From: Lytechinus pictus | Taxonomy: Eukaryota | Direction: 5' to 3' | DNA: 64,000 bases | NCBI RefSeq assembly: GCF_037042905.1 | Contig: NC_087248.1 | Coordinates: 2,728,001-2,792,000, forward strand | Part shown: piece after piece, positions 1 through 31,100 of the stretch | Numbering within the stretch: the stretch's first letter is position 1 | Layout: every line of letters begins with the position of its first letter | Position numbers and translations under genes: made by a program | The notes under the pieces: generated by a model | The model's database searches: none | What the model saw: only the letters and a program-made list of their open reading frames with translations | Told to the model about the DNA's origin: nothing

Positions 1-374
1 CGTCTATTAGACGCCTATTTACAAAATCGGGGTTTGCCTTGTAGTTTTAGCTTTTCATTCTCAATAATGGTTGTTTTCAGGGTTTATTAGTTCTAATACA
101 TGCACTTGTACACATGTTTCATCTTGGTTTGATAATTTTTTAAATCGGCTGCTAACAAAGTTAAACAATACCTTTAAGGTTTTGTCAATCTTGATTTCTA
201 AGACTTTCTCATGAAAGCCTTGTTTGCTGAAATTACAGGTATTTAGCTCTTACAGACAACCTGAAAATGTGAAATAGGAGGAGATTAGTTACTAAATTCG
301 ACAGTCCAGAGGACCGTTTTATGAAATGACTTGTCCGGCAATTACCACAGTAGTAAGTTTGTCAATCAAAATCA

Positions 375-14379
<14,005 letters not shown>

Positions 14380-15481
14380 TTCCAATTCCAAATATGATGC
14401 CGGATCGAGAATTATTGATCTTGACTTGTGTGTCTCCAATTCACGAGATCGAGAGTTGTATGTACTGTAGCGCCACTTACGATACGAGATGATGATGCGC
14501 CAGTTATTTTTTGGTCCAGTGAAAATGAACTGAATTGGAAAAAAAAATTGAGATTTTGTGAAAAATTGTAGAGCCTAGGGCTAAGTCACTATAAAGGCAA
14601 GCTATGGGCATTTAAAAGGTTTGACTCAGAAATATATTTTTCCTTTGGAGTAAAAATGAAATAATAATAAGTAATCTATATCTAAACTCTTTTGGCTAAG
14701 AATAAACCTCTGTTTTACATTTTTTTTTTTTTTGATTGATTGAATTTATTTTTACATTATGTTCTGCCTTTTTTCTTTTTACTCTTAACATCATTTTTTT
14801 TATGTTTATGGTTTTTGCCCTTTAAAAGCACAGAACGGACAGCTAGGTACAGCTTTTGCCAGTAAATGGAAGGATCTCAGTATTTGATAAACTTTGATGA
14901 AAATGGATACCACAGTTTTTGAAAACGTAAATATTTGCATAGGGAAACGGTATAGGCCTACTACTTCACTGAAGCACTGCAAAAATTGGAAGAAGATTTT
15001 CTAACTTCTGTAATTGCTCTCCAATAAAAACTTAATGTTTATACCCAAGGATTTGACGCAACCTTATCACATTCTTGACAAAAAGCAATGCATATTTGAA
15101 ATAATCATTAGATTGTTCATTAGGTTCATAAAAGCTGTATAGTCTTGAATGGAATGAAAATGTCTGAAACATAATAAACTAAAGGCTTTTCAAAGTAATA
15201 ACTTGATAGACGTAATCGACTCATAAAAATTATAGCTTGAAGAATATTATTCAGAATTCTTTCCTATTTCGCCTTTTCTTATCCCAATACTCCCATCACT
15301 CTTAGATTGAAAATCAATCTAATTAATGTGTTATTATTAGGAACTAACCAAAAATAAATTTTAAATCAATGACATTGACTACCCATTCTATAATATTTAA
15401 AATTTGTGATCTCTGGTTCTCTGTCCCTAAATATACACTTCAAGGAGTTAAGATGTAGGGCGGGGTGTAGGGGGGGGGGGG

Positions 15482-15731
15482 CAGTGGCGTACCTAGGATT
15501 TTCCACAGGGGGGGGGGCAAAACCGTCCACCAAAAAATTTGAAAAGCAAAAAAAAAAAAAAAAAAAAGGTCTTCAAGCTCGTCAGGGGGGCAATAAAGGT
15601 CTTCAAGCTCGTCAGGGGGGGGGGCAAAACAGGTTTTTCAAGCCCGTCAGGTGGGGCAAAGATACGTCTTTTGCATTGGTTGTGACTCGTCAGGGGGGCA
15701 GAGTGCCCCCCCCCCCGTAGGTACGCTAGTG
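15482..15731. mobile_element. hAT-like MITE in a poly-G tract
   Basis: CAGTGGCGTACCTA...TAGGTACGCTAGTG with G-runs on both sides; internal repeats of TTCAAGCTCGTCAGGGG. Confidence 0.7.
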
Positions 15732-16155
15732 GGGGGGGGGGGTATCCGAGATCGCCAAGCCGCGTCTAATGTATAGTTTTTTAGGGGATTAATAAAGGTA
15801 TAATAAGGCCCCAAAAATGACATTCATGCAACTTGCTGCCCCCCCCCTCTCCGACCCATTACAATATAACTGATTACGTTATGCATAATTTGTATTTTGT
15901 CATTTCTGTGAGTCACCCGATGATACAATATCACAGATTGTCGTTTTATATATAAAATACAAATTACTATTTGAATTTCTGCTCCAAAAATGCAAAAAGT
16001 GTAAAATCATCATTATTGTAATTTATCATCAATTTAATATTTAAGAAAAAAATCAAGTTATACAGATTCTTCATAACAAGTCGAAATAATGCAATTAAGG
16101 CTATGAGAAAAACAAATAAAATTCAGGATTTTCACTTTAAATTTAAAGTGATCAA

Positions 16156-16757
16156 AGGTCTAGTCCACCTCAGAGTAATGTTGATTTGAATCAATAGAGA
16201 AAATCAAACAAGCATAATGCTGAACATTTCATTAAAATCGAATGTAAAATGAGAAAGTTATGACATTTTGAAGTTTCCCTTATTTTTCACAAAATAATTA
16301 TATGCACAATTTAGTCACGTGCAAATGAGAGAATCAATGATGTCCCTCACTCAATATTTCTTTTGTTTTTTATTGTTTGAATTATACAATATTTCTATTT
16401 TTACAGATTTGACAATATGCCTGAGGACCAACTTGACTGAAACATAAAATTTTAAACAATGGTAATTCCACATCAGGGAGAAATAAAACTTTGTTTCACA
16501 GGACAATGGGGAAAAATAGAATATTTCATATAATAAAATACAAAAGAAAATTACAGTGAGTGAGTGATGTCATCAGTTCCCTAATTTGCATACCAACCGG
16601 TATGTGCATAACAATTTTGTGAAATTAAGCGAAACTTAAAAATGTTATAATTTTCTTATTTTACATCCGATATTGATGACATTTTCAGCGTTATGTGCTT
16701 GTTGGATTTTTTTTTTTTTTTATTAAATTCAACTTTTTGTTGGGGTGGACTTGTTCT
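16156..16757. mobile_element. TTAA-type (Kolobok/T2-like) MITE
   Basis: AGGTCTAGTCCACCTC...GGGGTGGACTTGTTCT|TTAA with symmetric interior; a partial relative lies at ~12881-13070. Confidence 0.7.
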
Positions 16758-16946
16758 TTAAGGAAGGTATTCCTGTGGTGAGAAAGAGACAATAAATGAT
16801 AATCTGAAGATTTTAAAAAGATCGAAAATAAGTTGGGATAGACAGATTAGATAGATAAATGGATAGATATATTGGTTGATCGATAGATAAACTTTATAGA
16901 GGGGTGCCTATGGGAAGAAAGAAAAATGGGGGAAATGCCGTATTAA

Positions 16947-17436
16947 AGGGGAAGTTCACCCTGAAGAAAAGTTGGTTGTAAAAATAGCAGAAAAAAATAA
17001 TAAAAAATATTGGTGAAGGTTTCAGAAAAATCCGTTAAAGATTGAGAAAATTTTATTAGAATTTTAAGTTTTCGATTTGTGACGTCATAAACGAGCAGCT
17101 GCCCTCATTGTTATGTAATATAAAATGCATGAATTTCATTTTTTTAATGGTTCCTGATGACTAATTTTTGTTTTATTTTCATGATCGTGTGTAAAATTAT
17201 TTGTGTATTGATATACAAAAGGTACAGTCAAAGCCATGACATTTCATTGATTTTCTACCATTCGTTATGTAGGAATGCTACTCGCATAAATTATTATGAC
17301 GCCACTAATCAACTAACTGAAATTCTAATAAACTTTTTATTTCTTTGATGGATTTTTCTCAAACCTTCGGCGATATTTTTTATTGTTTTTTCTGCTATTT
17401 CTGCAATATTTGTTTTTGTCAGGGTGAACTTTCCCT
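16947..17436. mobile_element. TTAA-flanked Kolobok/T2-like MITE
   Basis: TTAA|AGGGGAAGTTCACCCTGA...TCAGGGTGAACTTTCCCT|TTAA; family copies at 26603-27086 and a partial at ~47390-47616. Confidence 0.85.
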
Positions 17437-18315
17437 TTAATGTCATTGAATTTCACCGTTCAATGTACTAAAGAACTGCTCATAAACGTATCAGAATGAT
17501 ATACATTATAAGATTCAGGTAATAATCATCAGTCATCATACATTGGTTGTGTACTTTTTTTAAAGGAACCTACCAGGCTACCCTGCATCGGCAGTGGGTA
17601 TTACAGGTATATTGTTCCGTATCGATTTTGAGGATATGAGGGAAAGTATTATTGAAGGGGCCTATTGTATCAAACAATGAACATCGCAGGTAGCAACAAG
17701 ACAATTCTGTTTACACTTCTTAACTACGAGCAGTCTGCCACTCTCTGGTTGGTACAGATAGGCGGATGGGAGGGGGGGTGGGATGTCAATCAAATTAATT
17801 GATCACGAAGTGTTTTTAAAAGATATTTAAAATAAAGGACAGAATGATTTTGTGGTATATTTCCTAATCATGCCATACATAAATCACCGTGCCTTCGACA
17901 TTAAAATAATTCTCTAAAGTTCATCTATGTGACTGTCTCAAAAACAATCTATGTTTGTAGTATGTATATAATATTTCATATAATTTTGATATAGACCCAC
18001 GATATGATGTTTTCCCTTTATTTAATGCACTTTGTATCTTATTGGAAGTCGATTTACGCCTGTAAATGAAATTCGTCATCACTGTTCCTATCATCCATTT
18101 TGAAAGTGTAATATTACTCATGTAATGAAATATTATACGCATGTAAGAACATCAAGTAAACTTAACATGATTCCAAACAAGATAGCGGATTGTAATATAA
18201 ATTTATTATCAAAAGGAAGAACAGGAATAGTTTTATACTTTTAAAGATTGAAGTCAGCAATTTAGCATAATCATGCAGAATTGCAATATTAGTTCGGTTT
18301 CATTTTGCTCTAGAT

Positions 18316-18590
18316 GTTGCTCCCGGCAACAGTATCTATGGGGTTTTATTTGTCTAAACGAACACAGACGACCCCCCCCCCACATGCACCATTCTTCAAA
18401 CAAGACAAGATAACAACAAAACAATCATCGATATTAGATTCGCAACCACTATAATGGCAACCTAACGATGCGAACTTTACAAGCAATACCAACGGCTATA
18501 AAGTGTTCGCTCGAGCTGATCGACTCATCGCCATTGGTCAATTATTTGTTTATGGTCAAGCCGCATAGCAACGGCTAAGGTGTATAAATG
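18316..18590 (+). promoter_or_regulatory. Alpha-tubulin proximal promoter: X-box (RFX) motifs, inverted CCAAT, TATA box
   Basis: GTTGCTCCCGGCAAC 18316-18330; half-sites ATGGCAAC and ATAGCAAC; ATTGG ~18533; TATAAA 18583-18588, ~140 nt upstream of the ATG. Confidence 0.6.
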
Positions 18591-18724
18591 AACGTCGGGG
18601 AGTGAAGTCGCCATATTCAGATTTTGCTCAAGACACATCGCACGTCGAAGGCATTTCGTGAATTTGCGACTTTTAAGTCAATATTTTTTCTTCGTTAAAT
18701 ACTTCATAACTCAAGAACTTCAAG

Positions 18725-20792
<2,068 letters not shown>

Positions 20793-21094
20793 ACAGGTTC
20801 TTACACTCATGACGCTAATCTACATTACGAACTGAAATGACCTATTACTTTCTAGCAATAATGATAAAATATTTGCTCTGAACTCTATATAATTTTGGAC
20901 TTTACCCAGTATCACAGATAAAGAGAAGATCTGTGCCACATTATTTCAAATAAACATGTCTCTGAACATAATATTTTTAAAGAAATACTCATTCCTTCTT
21001 TCCATTATTTTTGCAGCATCACAGGTTAAGATGATGTTTGGTCTGCGGGTGATTATAAAGGAGAATTGTAATAGATGTGATTTCATTGTGATTA

Positions 21095-21600
21095 NNNNNN
21101 NNNNNNNNNNNNNNNNNNNNNNNNNNNNNNNNNNNNNNNNNNNNNNNNNNNNNNNNNNNNNNNNNNNNNNNNNNNNNNNNNNNNNNNNNNNNNNNNNNNN
21201 NNNNNNNNNNNNNNNNNNNNNNNNNNNNNNNNNNNNNNNNNNNNNNNNNNNNNNNNNNNNNNNNNNNNNNNNNNNNNNNNNNNNNNNNNNNNNNNNNNNN
21301 NNNNNNNNNNNNNNNNNNNNNNNNNNNNNNNNNNNNNNNNNNNNNNNNNNNNNNNNNNNNNNNNNNNNNNNNNNNNNNNNNNNNNNNNNNNNNNNNNNNN
21401 NNNNNNNNNNNNNNNNNNNNNNNNNNNNNNNNNNNNNNNNNNNNNNNNNNNNNNNNNNNNNNNNNNNNNNNNNNNNNNNNNNNNNNNNNNNNNNNNNNNN
21501 NNNNNNNNNNNNNNNNNNNNNNNNNNNNNNNNNNNNNNNNNNNNNNNNNNNNNNNNNNNNNNNNNNNNNNNNNNNNNNNNNNNNNNNNNNNNNNNNNNNN
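21095..21600. other. Assembly gap
   Basis: Run of N. Confidence 1.
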
Positions 21601-21839
21601 GATGTGGTGGTAGTGGTGATGATGATGGCGTTGGAGTTGGTGGTAGCAGCGACTGATAGCGGATTGACACGTAAAGTCCCCCAAAAGGTTATCACCCAAA
21701 TCACACCCCCATTGACATTTTTCTATTTTCTTTTTCTAAAATATGAATAGTTTACCCTCCAGGGAGTTCCACCCATGCACCGCCTTGGAGGACAAAATAT
21801 CACATTTTAGAAATAGACCATAAGATGACTAGGTGAACT

Positions 21840-21955
21840 GGATGAATATGATGACGATGATGAATATGATGACGATGATAATGATGATGATGATGATAAT
21901 GATGAGGATAATGATGATGATGATAACGATCATGATGATGATAATGATCATGATA
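21840..21955. repeat. Degenerate (GAT)n microsatellite
   Basis: GATGATGATAATGATGAT... A similar degenerate tract lies at ~33610-33840. Confidence 0.85.
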
Positions 21956-22584
21956 TGAGTCTATTACGATTAAATAAAATTTAATTCAAGCTTTGAATAT
22001 GAAATGAGGTAAGAGAATACAATTCCCAGTTGAAAATACTATTTCTGGGATTATCAAAAGGTCCAAACACTTTATAAAAATTATATTTTTCAGGAGAATA
22101 AGTTTATGAGCGTCTCTTATATTTGATCATTCCATTTAAAAAGATATAGACTGTGTTGATGAAATTGTATAGATATAGTGATGAATCATAAATGGTTAGC
22201 AAGCTCAGTGATTGGCAAACTTCCACTACAACTTTATTTGGTAGTGCGGCATTTTAATAGTTTCCTGTCCCATGTTATTACATAAAATAGAGTGATTTAA
22301 CATATTTCCGATAGGTCAGTAGTTAGATGATCATTAGTGAATAAGGGGATGGACGTGGCACTTCACCCCAAAAGTTAGAAAAATGAAAAACAATATTCTT
22401 GTCATTTATAAAATTCTACATTTTTATTGAATAAAAAGTAGTCGAATGTGGGAAAATTGATATGATTCCAAAACAATCATTATTAAATTGAAAACACACT
22501 AAAAGCAAACTTGTACTATTACTGTTAAACGGGCTTGAAATTGACTGCATGTCATTTATTTTTAATAAAATTTGATTATGTGTC

Positions 22585-22710
22585 CCGGCCAGTTTGAATA
22601 ATCCTTGGACGCGTCAGTATGATGCTTTCCCTGTAATCAGAGAGTCGTGTGTTCGAATCCCACCACATCCTAGCGTCATTTGGCAAGGCATCAATCCACT
22701 CTTTGCCTTT
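22585..22710 (+). mobile_element. tRNA-derived SINE fragment
   Basis: B-box GTTCGAATCCC (~22650) followed by SINE-body-like CTAGCGTCATTTGGCAAGGCATCAATCCAC. Confidence 0.5.
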
Positions 22711-23551
22711 GGAATACTCAGTGAGTGCAGAAATTGCAAACATAATTGTGTGCGGGTATGTCAGGATTCGATGGAATAAACTCTATATAAGAAAGAAATA
22801 TAAATATCATTTTTATTGACTATATCCACCTATTATTACGTGTATCAATAGAACGTGTGTACTGGTGTATGGACCGTTTCAGACGGGTTTTTTATACCAA
22901 AAAACCCCAAACAAAAGAAAACAAAACACCTGTTGAACCAGTTACCTCCTGCAACCGCGCTGCATGTGTATACAGTATACACATAAGTATCTACGTTTCA
23001 CGCTATATAACATTTAAAGACATCAAAGTGGACGTATTATTTTCCCTATCATTCTGATGAAGGCTTCGTGACTGCTTATCGACTTGTAGGCCTATAGGCA
23101 ATGATAGGTATAAACATTTTCATCTTTTCTTGGTGATCGACTGGTCCCACTTTTTGAAGCAGTGCGGAATATGATTTTCTACTAATAAAGCGACTACCTT
23201 TCTGATTTTCCTGTAATTCGGCATATATGGTAAGAAGTACTCTTTATGATAGTTTGATCACACTTTTCGTCTATAGTATTGGGATAATCTCTTTAAAAAA
23301 TAGAGAGAATTATAAACTTCTCTGACAAAGGGAATACAACTTATAAATTAAGAGTGAAATTCAGTCTTTAAATCACATTTTTGTGAAGTATTCGTATGTC
23401 AACTTTAAATTTACTCTAACTTCACTTCATTATCAATTCGAGTGAAAACGGAGTGATTTTAAACCTAATTTAAACAAAAATCAAATTCTTGATAGATATT
23501 GACATAATATTCTGAAAATCATAATTTACACCTTTTTCATTACTTTTTCTT

Positions 23552-23590
<39 letters not shown>

Positions 23591-25180
23591 GGGGGGGGGG
23601 GGTCCATAGTCCCCAAGCCCCGCCTCTATATTCGCGGGTGGTAAGGACCATTGGTTATGAAACAAGGTGAAGGCTTATATAGAAGCTGTTACATTTAGCC
23701 AAAAATTATGAAAAGCGCCTTCTCTCCTTTGGTGGAGACAGCTAGCCACATTGTGATGAAAAATGACATTCCGTATTAATTTCAGTTAAGCAAAGCAACT
23801 GTGTGTTAACATATAAGTGACAAGAATATTTTTTACAAAGATTTAGCGTTATATCATATGTGCTACACAAGAACGATGTTTTATCACTTATTAACATTTC
23901 AAATCATATGCATGAAGGGGCGCACCTATTAATAACTGTGTTTTTCTTCCTGGACCAAGGTCGATAGGTTCTGTTTTTTGTTGTTGTTTTTTTTTGTAGT
24001 TCAGGGCCCAGTTTATAATGACCTGATGGCCGAATCCCATATTGATTTCTGTTAGGATGCCGGAAAACGCAGAACTTGGTATAAAGCGATGGTATAATCA
24101 TAATCAGGAGTCCAGAGTTCGAACCTATTCAACACGCTATTATGTGTCTGCCACAGCCACTGATCTGAATACTAACTTATAGTATGTACAATAACAGGTC
24201 GTACTGGCCTATTAACATCGGGAAGGTAACAGATATTCATTCGAGTCAACCCATGCTCAAAATTATTTTGAAATGGTTGATTGACAAGTGTATCATGATT
24301 GTCCATGTAACACTGATTCTATATTGGTAATTACTGAACTCAGTCCTTTTCTCAAATTGGGAAGAAATATCACCAACTTTGGAACTATATTTTTAATGAC
24401 GGAAGGATAAGGGTTATTTTACTGTTTCAGGTGATGAATTTGATCCCTGAGCTGGAGAGTCCTTTATAAATGCCGATTTATTTTAAAATTGAGCCAGTCG
24501 AGTGACCCTTTTCTAGTCAGATGTGGATTGTCAGATATATATCATATCCACTGCATGGTAGTAACATTCGACCCCCGAATTTCATCCTTATTTTTTAATG
24601 AATTTTTTAACACACGAGTCTATGGGAAATGTTTTAGGCCTGCGATGCCTATACAGATCCAATGATATAGTTAGCCTGCGTCATAAGAGTTTTTAGTATA
24701 GGCCTATATCTCTATGGTTTTACAGTTTGACGATTATTCGTGTTTTCAACAGCATGGAATGCAAATTGAATTGAATGTCGATTAGGAAAAAAACATTAAT
24801 GAATGTTGATTAACAAAATACAATGAAGGTGACCAGTGCTCCTTAAAAAATTGCAACTGATCATATTGGGATTGTAATTTATCATAATCAATTTATTCTT
24901 AATCATTCTTTAATGTATGCACATCAAAGTAAAATATCAACATCAAATCTTAATAGAAAAAACTTATTTTAAATAATGGGATCCGTAAAACAATTCTATT
25001 GCAATGATAATGAAAGATGTTCTCATTACTGTATAACACTTTTAAGTCATCCATAGTTATCTTAATTTTTTGTTGTTATATTTTAAATCGAGCATTTTAC
25101 CATCAGCTGATCTCGATCTTCTTCAAGCAGAGTTTATTTCAAAGGAATACACAAAACTATCGAAGGCTAATAGTAATAAA

Positions 25181-28100
25181 ATGGGTGAGTATATTCACTT
25201 AAATCTGATTTTTGAAAGTAAAATATAGAATTTGCCCGCGACGACAGAGCCTACTCAGTTGTGGCTCATTCACTCTGGAACTCACTCCCCCGTACTGCTT
25301 TTGAAATCTTTCTTCTCTTAATTCATTCAAAGTAGCGCTGAAGTCACAATTTCTAATAACAATAATTAAGTCTGCATTAGTTGACCAGTGCTAAATGTAT
25401 TGAATTAGTCAAGTTGTGAATTTATTGTAAAGCGTTTAGATATTTTTATTAGACGCTATATAAATCATTCTTAATTATTCTTATTTTTCGCCTTCGAAAG
25501 ACAGAAAAAGATGGCGACCAAACTCAAGAATGTTCTTTGCCTTCATGTGCTTTTGGTGTGTGACTTGCATGGATTCTTTACGTATTAACCCTAGCGTCGC
25601 CATCACGGCGATGGCTGTTTCCAATCACGCAAAAGAAAATGTATCACGTGGTCCAAACAACTCTACGCATGCGTGTATCAATGATGGAATCACAGAAGAT
25701 GCGGATGATACGGATATCAAGGTAAAAGAACAAAATATGATCCTCAAACAAACAGCACTAAGCTATATTGATCTAGGATGAATTAAATAAAAAAACATAT
25801 ATTTTGACTCCTTAAGTTGAAGGGTTTTTTTGGAGAAAATATAGGAAAGAGAAAGGAAATATAAATCTATGATGTTTCCTCCTGAGTAGAATTCTTCTCA
25901 TCGTTGTATTCATAGGCCTGCGCTTAATTTTCAATGATTGTTTTCAGATGATATTCCTGATTTTTCCATGACCTAATAATATAATAGTTTGGTACATTCT
26001 TTCTGGTCTTAGAACACCTTTAAGCATGTAAAGTGCAATGCGTTGAATCTTTCAGACCATGCAGAAAGGTGTGAAATTGCATCTGTAGGCCTATATAAAA
26101 CGTGTTTAGTGTGGCATTACTATAAAAGAATAAAGTTGTACTATTTCTTCTCATAGTACATCAATTAAATTATTTTCCTGATTACAGCCTGAATTCATAT
26201 GGAGCAGTCGGACACAAGAGCTTCTTCTTTCCGCGTTCTTCATCGGGCTACCCATAACCCAACTCCCAGGCGGCTGGCTCGCCGATAGAGTTGGCGGGAA
26301 ATGGGTAGTCATGATTGGAGGTGTAGTGACTGCTGTAATGAACATGCTCGTTCCTGTAGCAGCCAGGACAGGAGCTGGGTATTTCTTTGGAGTGAGGCTG
26401 TTGGCTGGACTAGCTGAGGTGAGTCAGGCATACTGATCGATTAACATTGACCATATTCATGATATTAGGATTTTGCAATATGGGGCACGGAGCAGGTATA
26501 CACAGAAAGTTGATCGATTTTGTTTGTCAGTTAACATTACAAGCGAAAAGAAGTAAAGATATCACTCCCTCAATTATTGTCGAAAATGATAATTATCCTT
26601 AAGGGGGAAGTTCACCCTTACAAAAATTTCATTTTAAAAATAGCAGAAAAAATAAGGTCTGAGGAAAATCCATCAAAGAAGAAGAAAGTTATTAGAATTC
26701 GAAGCTTTTTTTTTATATTTGTGCTGTCTTAGACGAGTAGCTACCCCCTATCGTTATGTAATATATGCATAAATTTCAATTTTTTAGTGGTTCATGATGA
26801 CTAAACAAATTATTCTTTCAGGAGCGGGTGTTGAATAATTTGTCTGTTGATATACTATAATAAGTATAATAAAACGCATTTTTTTCCTTTTTTTTTTTTT
26901 TTATAGAAAATGACATTTGATTTCAGTAATTCACATGTGAAGCTGCTCGCATGTGACGTCACAAATGAAAAAAATCTCTTTTTAAATCTTTGATAGATAT
27001 TCCTCGAACCGTCACCAATATGTTTTTATCATTTTTTCTCCGATTTTTACAATAAACTTCAATAAATTTCAGGGTATACTTCCCCTTTACAAATAATCTC
27101 AAAATAAGAATTGAAAAGCAATCGTCACACGACCCCAGATATTAAAAGGAGAAATACTTTTCTTTGGCGTCTTTACCATTAGTATGCATTTCCGTTCTAA
27201 TAGTTGCACACCAACAAAGTAACACAGGGGCATCGCCAGGAAATTTTGATAGGGAGGGGCGGGTGTTTTTTCTTTATTAAATCATAATAATTATTGGGTT
27301 AATATAGCCCATAACTTGTACCCTTCATCCTTCTCTCCTTCCCTTTTCTCATCCTTTCACTACATGAGCAATCATGTGGATGGTTACCCCATGCCCCCCC
27401 CCTTGTCACCGCTCCTTCAGTTAAAACCATTAAATCCTTGTTGTTGTTTTTTAAGGATGTTTTTATTGTATTCTCTCAAATCAAAATAAAACATTCACAT
27501 TCCATAAGCAAGTAGTACAAACTATTTGAAACATGATTATAAATTATACAATAAATCCATAACAAGTATAATTATACATCAAACTTCAAAGATACTGGAA
27601 ATTAATAATGCGTTTCAGCATTTACAAAATGAAATATTAACAAAATGTATGAAATGATAAGAGAAAAAAAAGTCATGTGATCGATATTGTCCTACTGAAC
27701 ATGAAAGAAAATACACTAAACCGCGACAAAACATTTTCACTGGTATGTAGCGAAGTGAGATCATGCTTCACTAGTCGTGCAAACAGTTTCAAAAAACAGT
27801 GATAAACATGAGGGATTCAATTTTGCATAAAACAAAAAATGGAAATACGTCCCAACTGCGTGAGAAATGTATGTAAAGTGTACTTTTGAAATAACTATAA
27901 TCATAACCATGACCCATAACTATTGACTATCAATTATTGTGCGTGGTTGATTGTATTACTGTTTCCTTTTAGGTTCAGGCAAAAGTTACATGGAGAGATC
28001 TGTCTGTCGTAACGGTCGTGTTCAACGAAAAATGTTATAAGCTACTGTGAATCCTTGCTTCTGATTGGCTGGGTGCAGATACGTCAGTAAAAATCACAGA

Positions 28101-31100
28101 CAAACCTCTTTATGAAATGCTTGCCTGGACTGCGGAAATGATGATCCAAGTCAACGTAATCATTTGTGATGTCACGTTGCTGATTAAAGCATGCGGCGAT
28201 GGTGGGGGGGGGGGCTCTTTTTTCATTCAAAAGATGTATTATTTCATTTAATTGAATTTAATTTCATTTTTCACAACAAAAATCTGGACAAGAGAATATT
28301 GACATCAAGACAATGAACAAAATAAATTTATATATAAAACATTAAAATGTATGTATCATACATAAATAAAAAATCTAAGTGGTATTTTCTGTTACACAAT
28401 AAATAAGATGGTTGCAACAAAAGCAAAGCTTGAAAGCGTGACAGCAATGGAGAATAACCAAAATAATTACATCTACTGGAAATAGGAAAAACGGGGGGAG
28501 AAAAACAGAAAGAAAGATTATTATAAATAGATGAATATGTAAGGTATCCTTACGATATCTCAAGGCCAGTATCATAATTATATAATTCGCTATATTTTTG
28601 TAATAATATGATTCAAAGGGCACCGTTGTTCCTGCTATGTTCACGTTACTCGGAAAATGGTCAACAGTCGATACCAACACAAGAATATCATCATTCGCTC
28701 TAGCTGGTAAATATTCTATTTCAAATCAATCTCATACAGCCCGGTGGTTTAGATATGCGTTTACAACTTTCTCTCCTATAGTTTTGATCATAATTTATCC
28801 TTTTCATGTGAAATTCCATGTTACCAAGTGTTTTTATAATTTGAGCAAGTAACTTTGCGAAACTAACTATACAAATTTCTTATTTCAATGTTAAAGATTC
28901 AATTTCATCCATTAATTGCTGTTTTGTTGTATTATGTTTACTGTGTAAATTGCTTCATCATTGTTTGATGGCAAGTGTAATTTACTCAAATTTGTATAAT
29001 ATACACTGTAAAAACTGTGGTGTTAAAACTGACACCAATTGGTGTTAATAGAGGACCACACCCTGAGGTGTTAAAATAACACCCTAGAGATTGAACATAA
29101 CACCAAAGAGTGTAAATGTTACAACCTTATGGTGTTGTAATAACACCTTTAGGTGTAAAACTAACACCACCAATTTAACATCGGTGTAAAATAACTGATG
29201 TGGTCCTCTATGTACACCGGTTAACACCACAGTTTTTGCTGTGTACAAGAAGTGAAACAATCCGTCCCAACATGATTCATGCTTAATAATATTGATTATT
29301 TTTGCTGGGATATAGGAAAAATCAATTGTTTCCTTTTCCTCGACACATCAGATAATTATGTTCCGCTCTGGAACTCTGCAAATGAAATGAAATAGTTTCC
29401 GTTGAAGTAGTATGTCGTGCTCGTTGCCGACGTTCACACAATGACTGCCGAATTCTCATAATAACCATCAACTTTACGTTTTCAATTGCCCGTATTCTAA
29501 AGTCAGGTTTAACTCAACCTCAGGTTTAAAGTTGTTGTTTAAGTATGGACAGCCAATTGTTACATAAATCACTAATGGTAGAGATATCATATTTCAGCTC
29601 ATTTGGCTCTCAAATCATTCATAATTGTCTAGGAAATATAAATAGATTATTGTCTTCACCTTCGATGAATCAGGAAAGAGCACAGTAAACATAAGAAACG
29701 TACAACTTGATAAAAAAATTTGATACTTTTGGCTTCCCATACTTAAACCACAACTTTAAACTTGAGTTTAAGTTAAACCTGACTTCAGAATACGGGCCTA
29801 TTGGTTTAATAGTATAATATCCAGTGATCATCGAACTGATCGCGTTGTGATAACACGAGACTAGAGCCAGAGATTATGAAGTAGTTTTCTTAACCACCAC
29901 GCACACACTTTTTTGAACGTAAACAATCTATTTTTAAAAGTTCTCAGTCTTTGTCGAAAATCGGTGAATCAAAACAGCGGGGACTGTGTATAGAAAACGA
30001 CATATTTGCCATTTTTCGTCCGCTCCGAATCTTACGACGAAGTGCTGTTCCGGTTCACTAATTTTCGACAAAGACCTCTTAGCTGCTCATTGCGATTTGA
30101 CAGGTATTTTCAATAGATTTACTATGTTTTCGAGTCCGTCCCCGTTGCAATTGCGAAAACATGATATTATCTTATGGCTCGAACTCTGGCTCGACATATG
30201 ATAAAAGGTTTTTGAGCTGCTGTAGGCCTGCAGCAATATTAATATACATCATCTATGATCATTTGCGGCGGAAGCCAAAAAAATTAGGGGGGTCCACCTG
30301 AAATTTTGGGATGGACACAGGTAAAAAATTGGACAAGCAAAAAAAAAAAAGAAAGGTTATCAACAGATAATTTAGGGGGGGGGGGGTCCGTCCCCCACCT
30401 CAAATTTAGGAGGGGAGAAATGACTCCCCCCCCCGCTTCCGTCGCCTATATCTATATATGTTCAGTGCCCCGTGACACAAAGCGTAGCGATCGATCGTAG
30501 CGCCGATTTTTACGGTTGTTTACATTAAATATTAATGCAATAAATCGTAGAAACGATCAATCGCTAAGGTTTGTGGCACGGGGCACTGATGAAAGATGAC
30601 GTACACTGTTAGAAAATGTATCCTTGAAATAAAAGAAGTTCCTGCAGTCTCGAGAACACCTGTAATCTTACCAGATTGCGTAATCTTACAGTAAATTCGT
30701 ATTTGGTGTATGGAACCTTTAAAATTTCCTATAATAAAACACCCTTTTCCCCTTTTTAAACAGACCTGTTCTGTTAAATTGCAGAAAAAAATCCTGTTTT
30801 ATGAATTTACAGAATTATTCTGTTATTGCTTTCTGCAAAATCTTATTTTTTCTGTAATATCACGTTTTTTTAACAGTGTATGATTGGTGTAGCAGCTCAA
30901 AGAGTTTGATCATACAGGACTCAGATCATCAACGAAGGTCTGGTGAAGCTTGTAGGATCGTCAACGAAAACTTGGAAATCAACTTGAAAAGGAAAAAAAA
31001 ATCGATGATTTTGACAAAAGAACTCATCATTTTGTAATTCTCAATTTTCAGGTGCTCCATTCGGATTGGCTGTAGGTCAAACTCTATCTGGTTTGATATG

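Noticed and set aside
20946-21750. Long ORFs containing X runs
   Set aside because: Artefacts of the N gap.
25511-25513. ATG at 25511 as the start of SLC17 paralogue 1
   Set aside because: Out of frame with the conserved PNSR..LRINP frame. The paralogues indicate a 4-nt ATGG first coding exon and a phase-1 acceptor at 25500.
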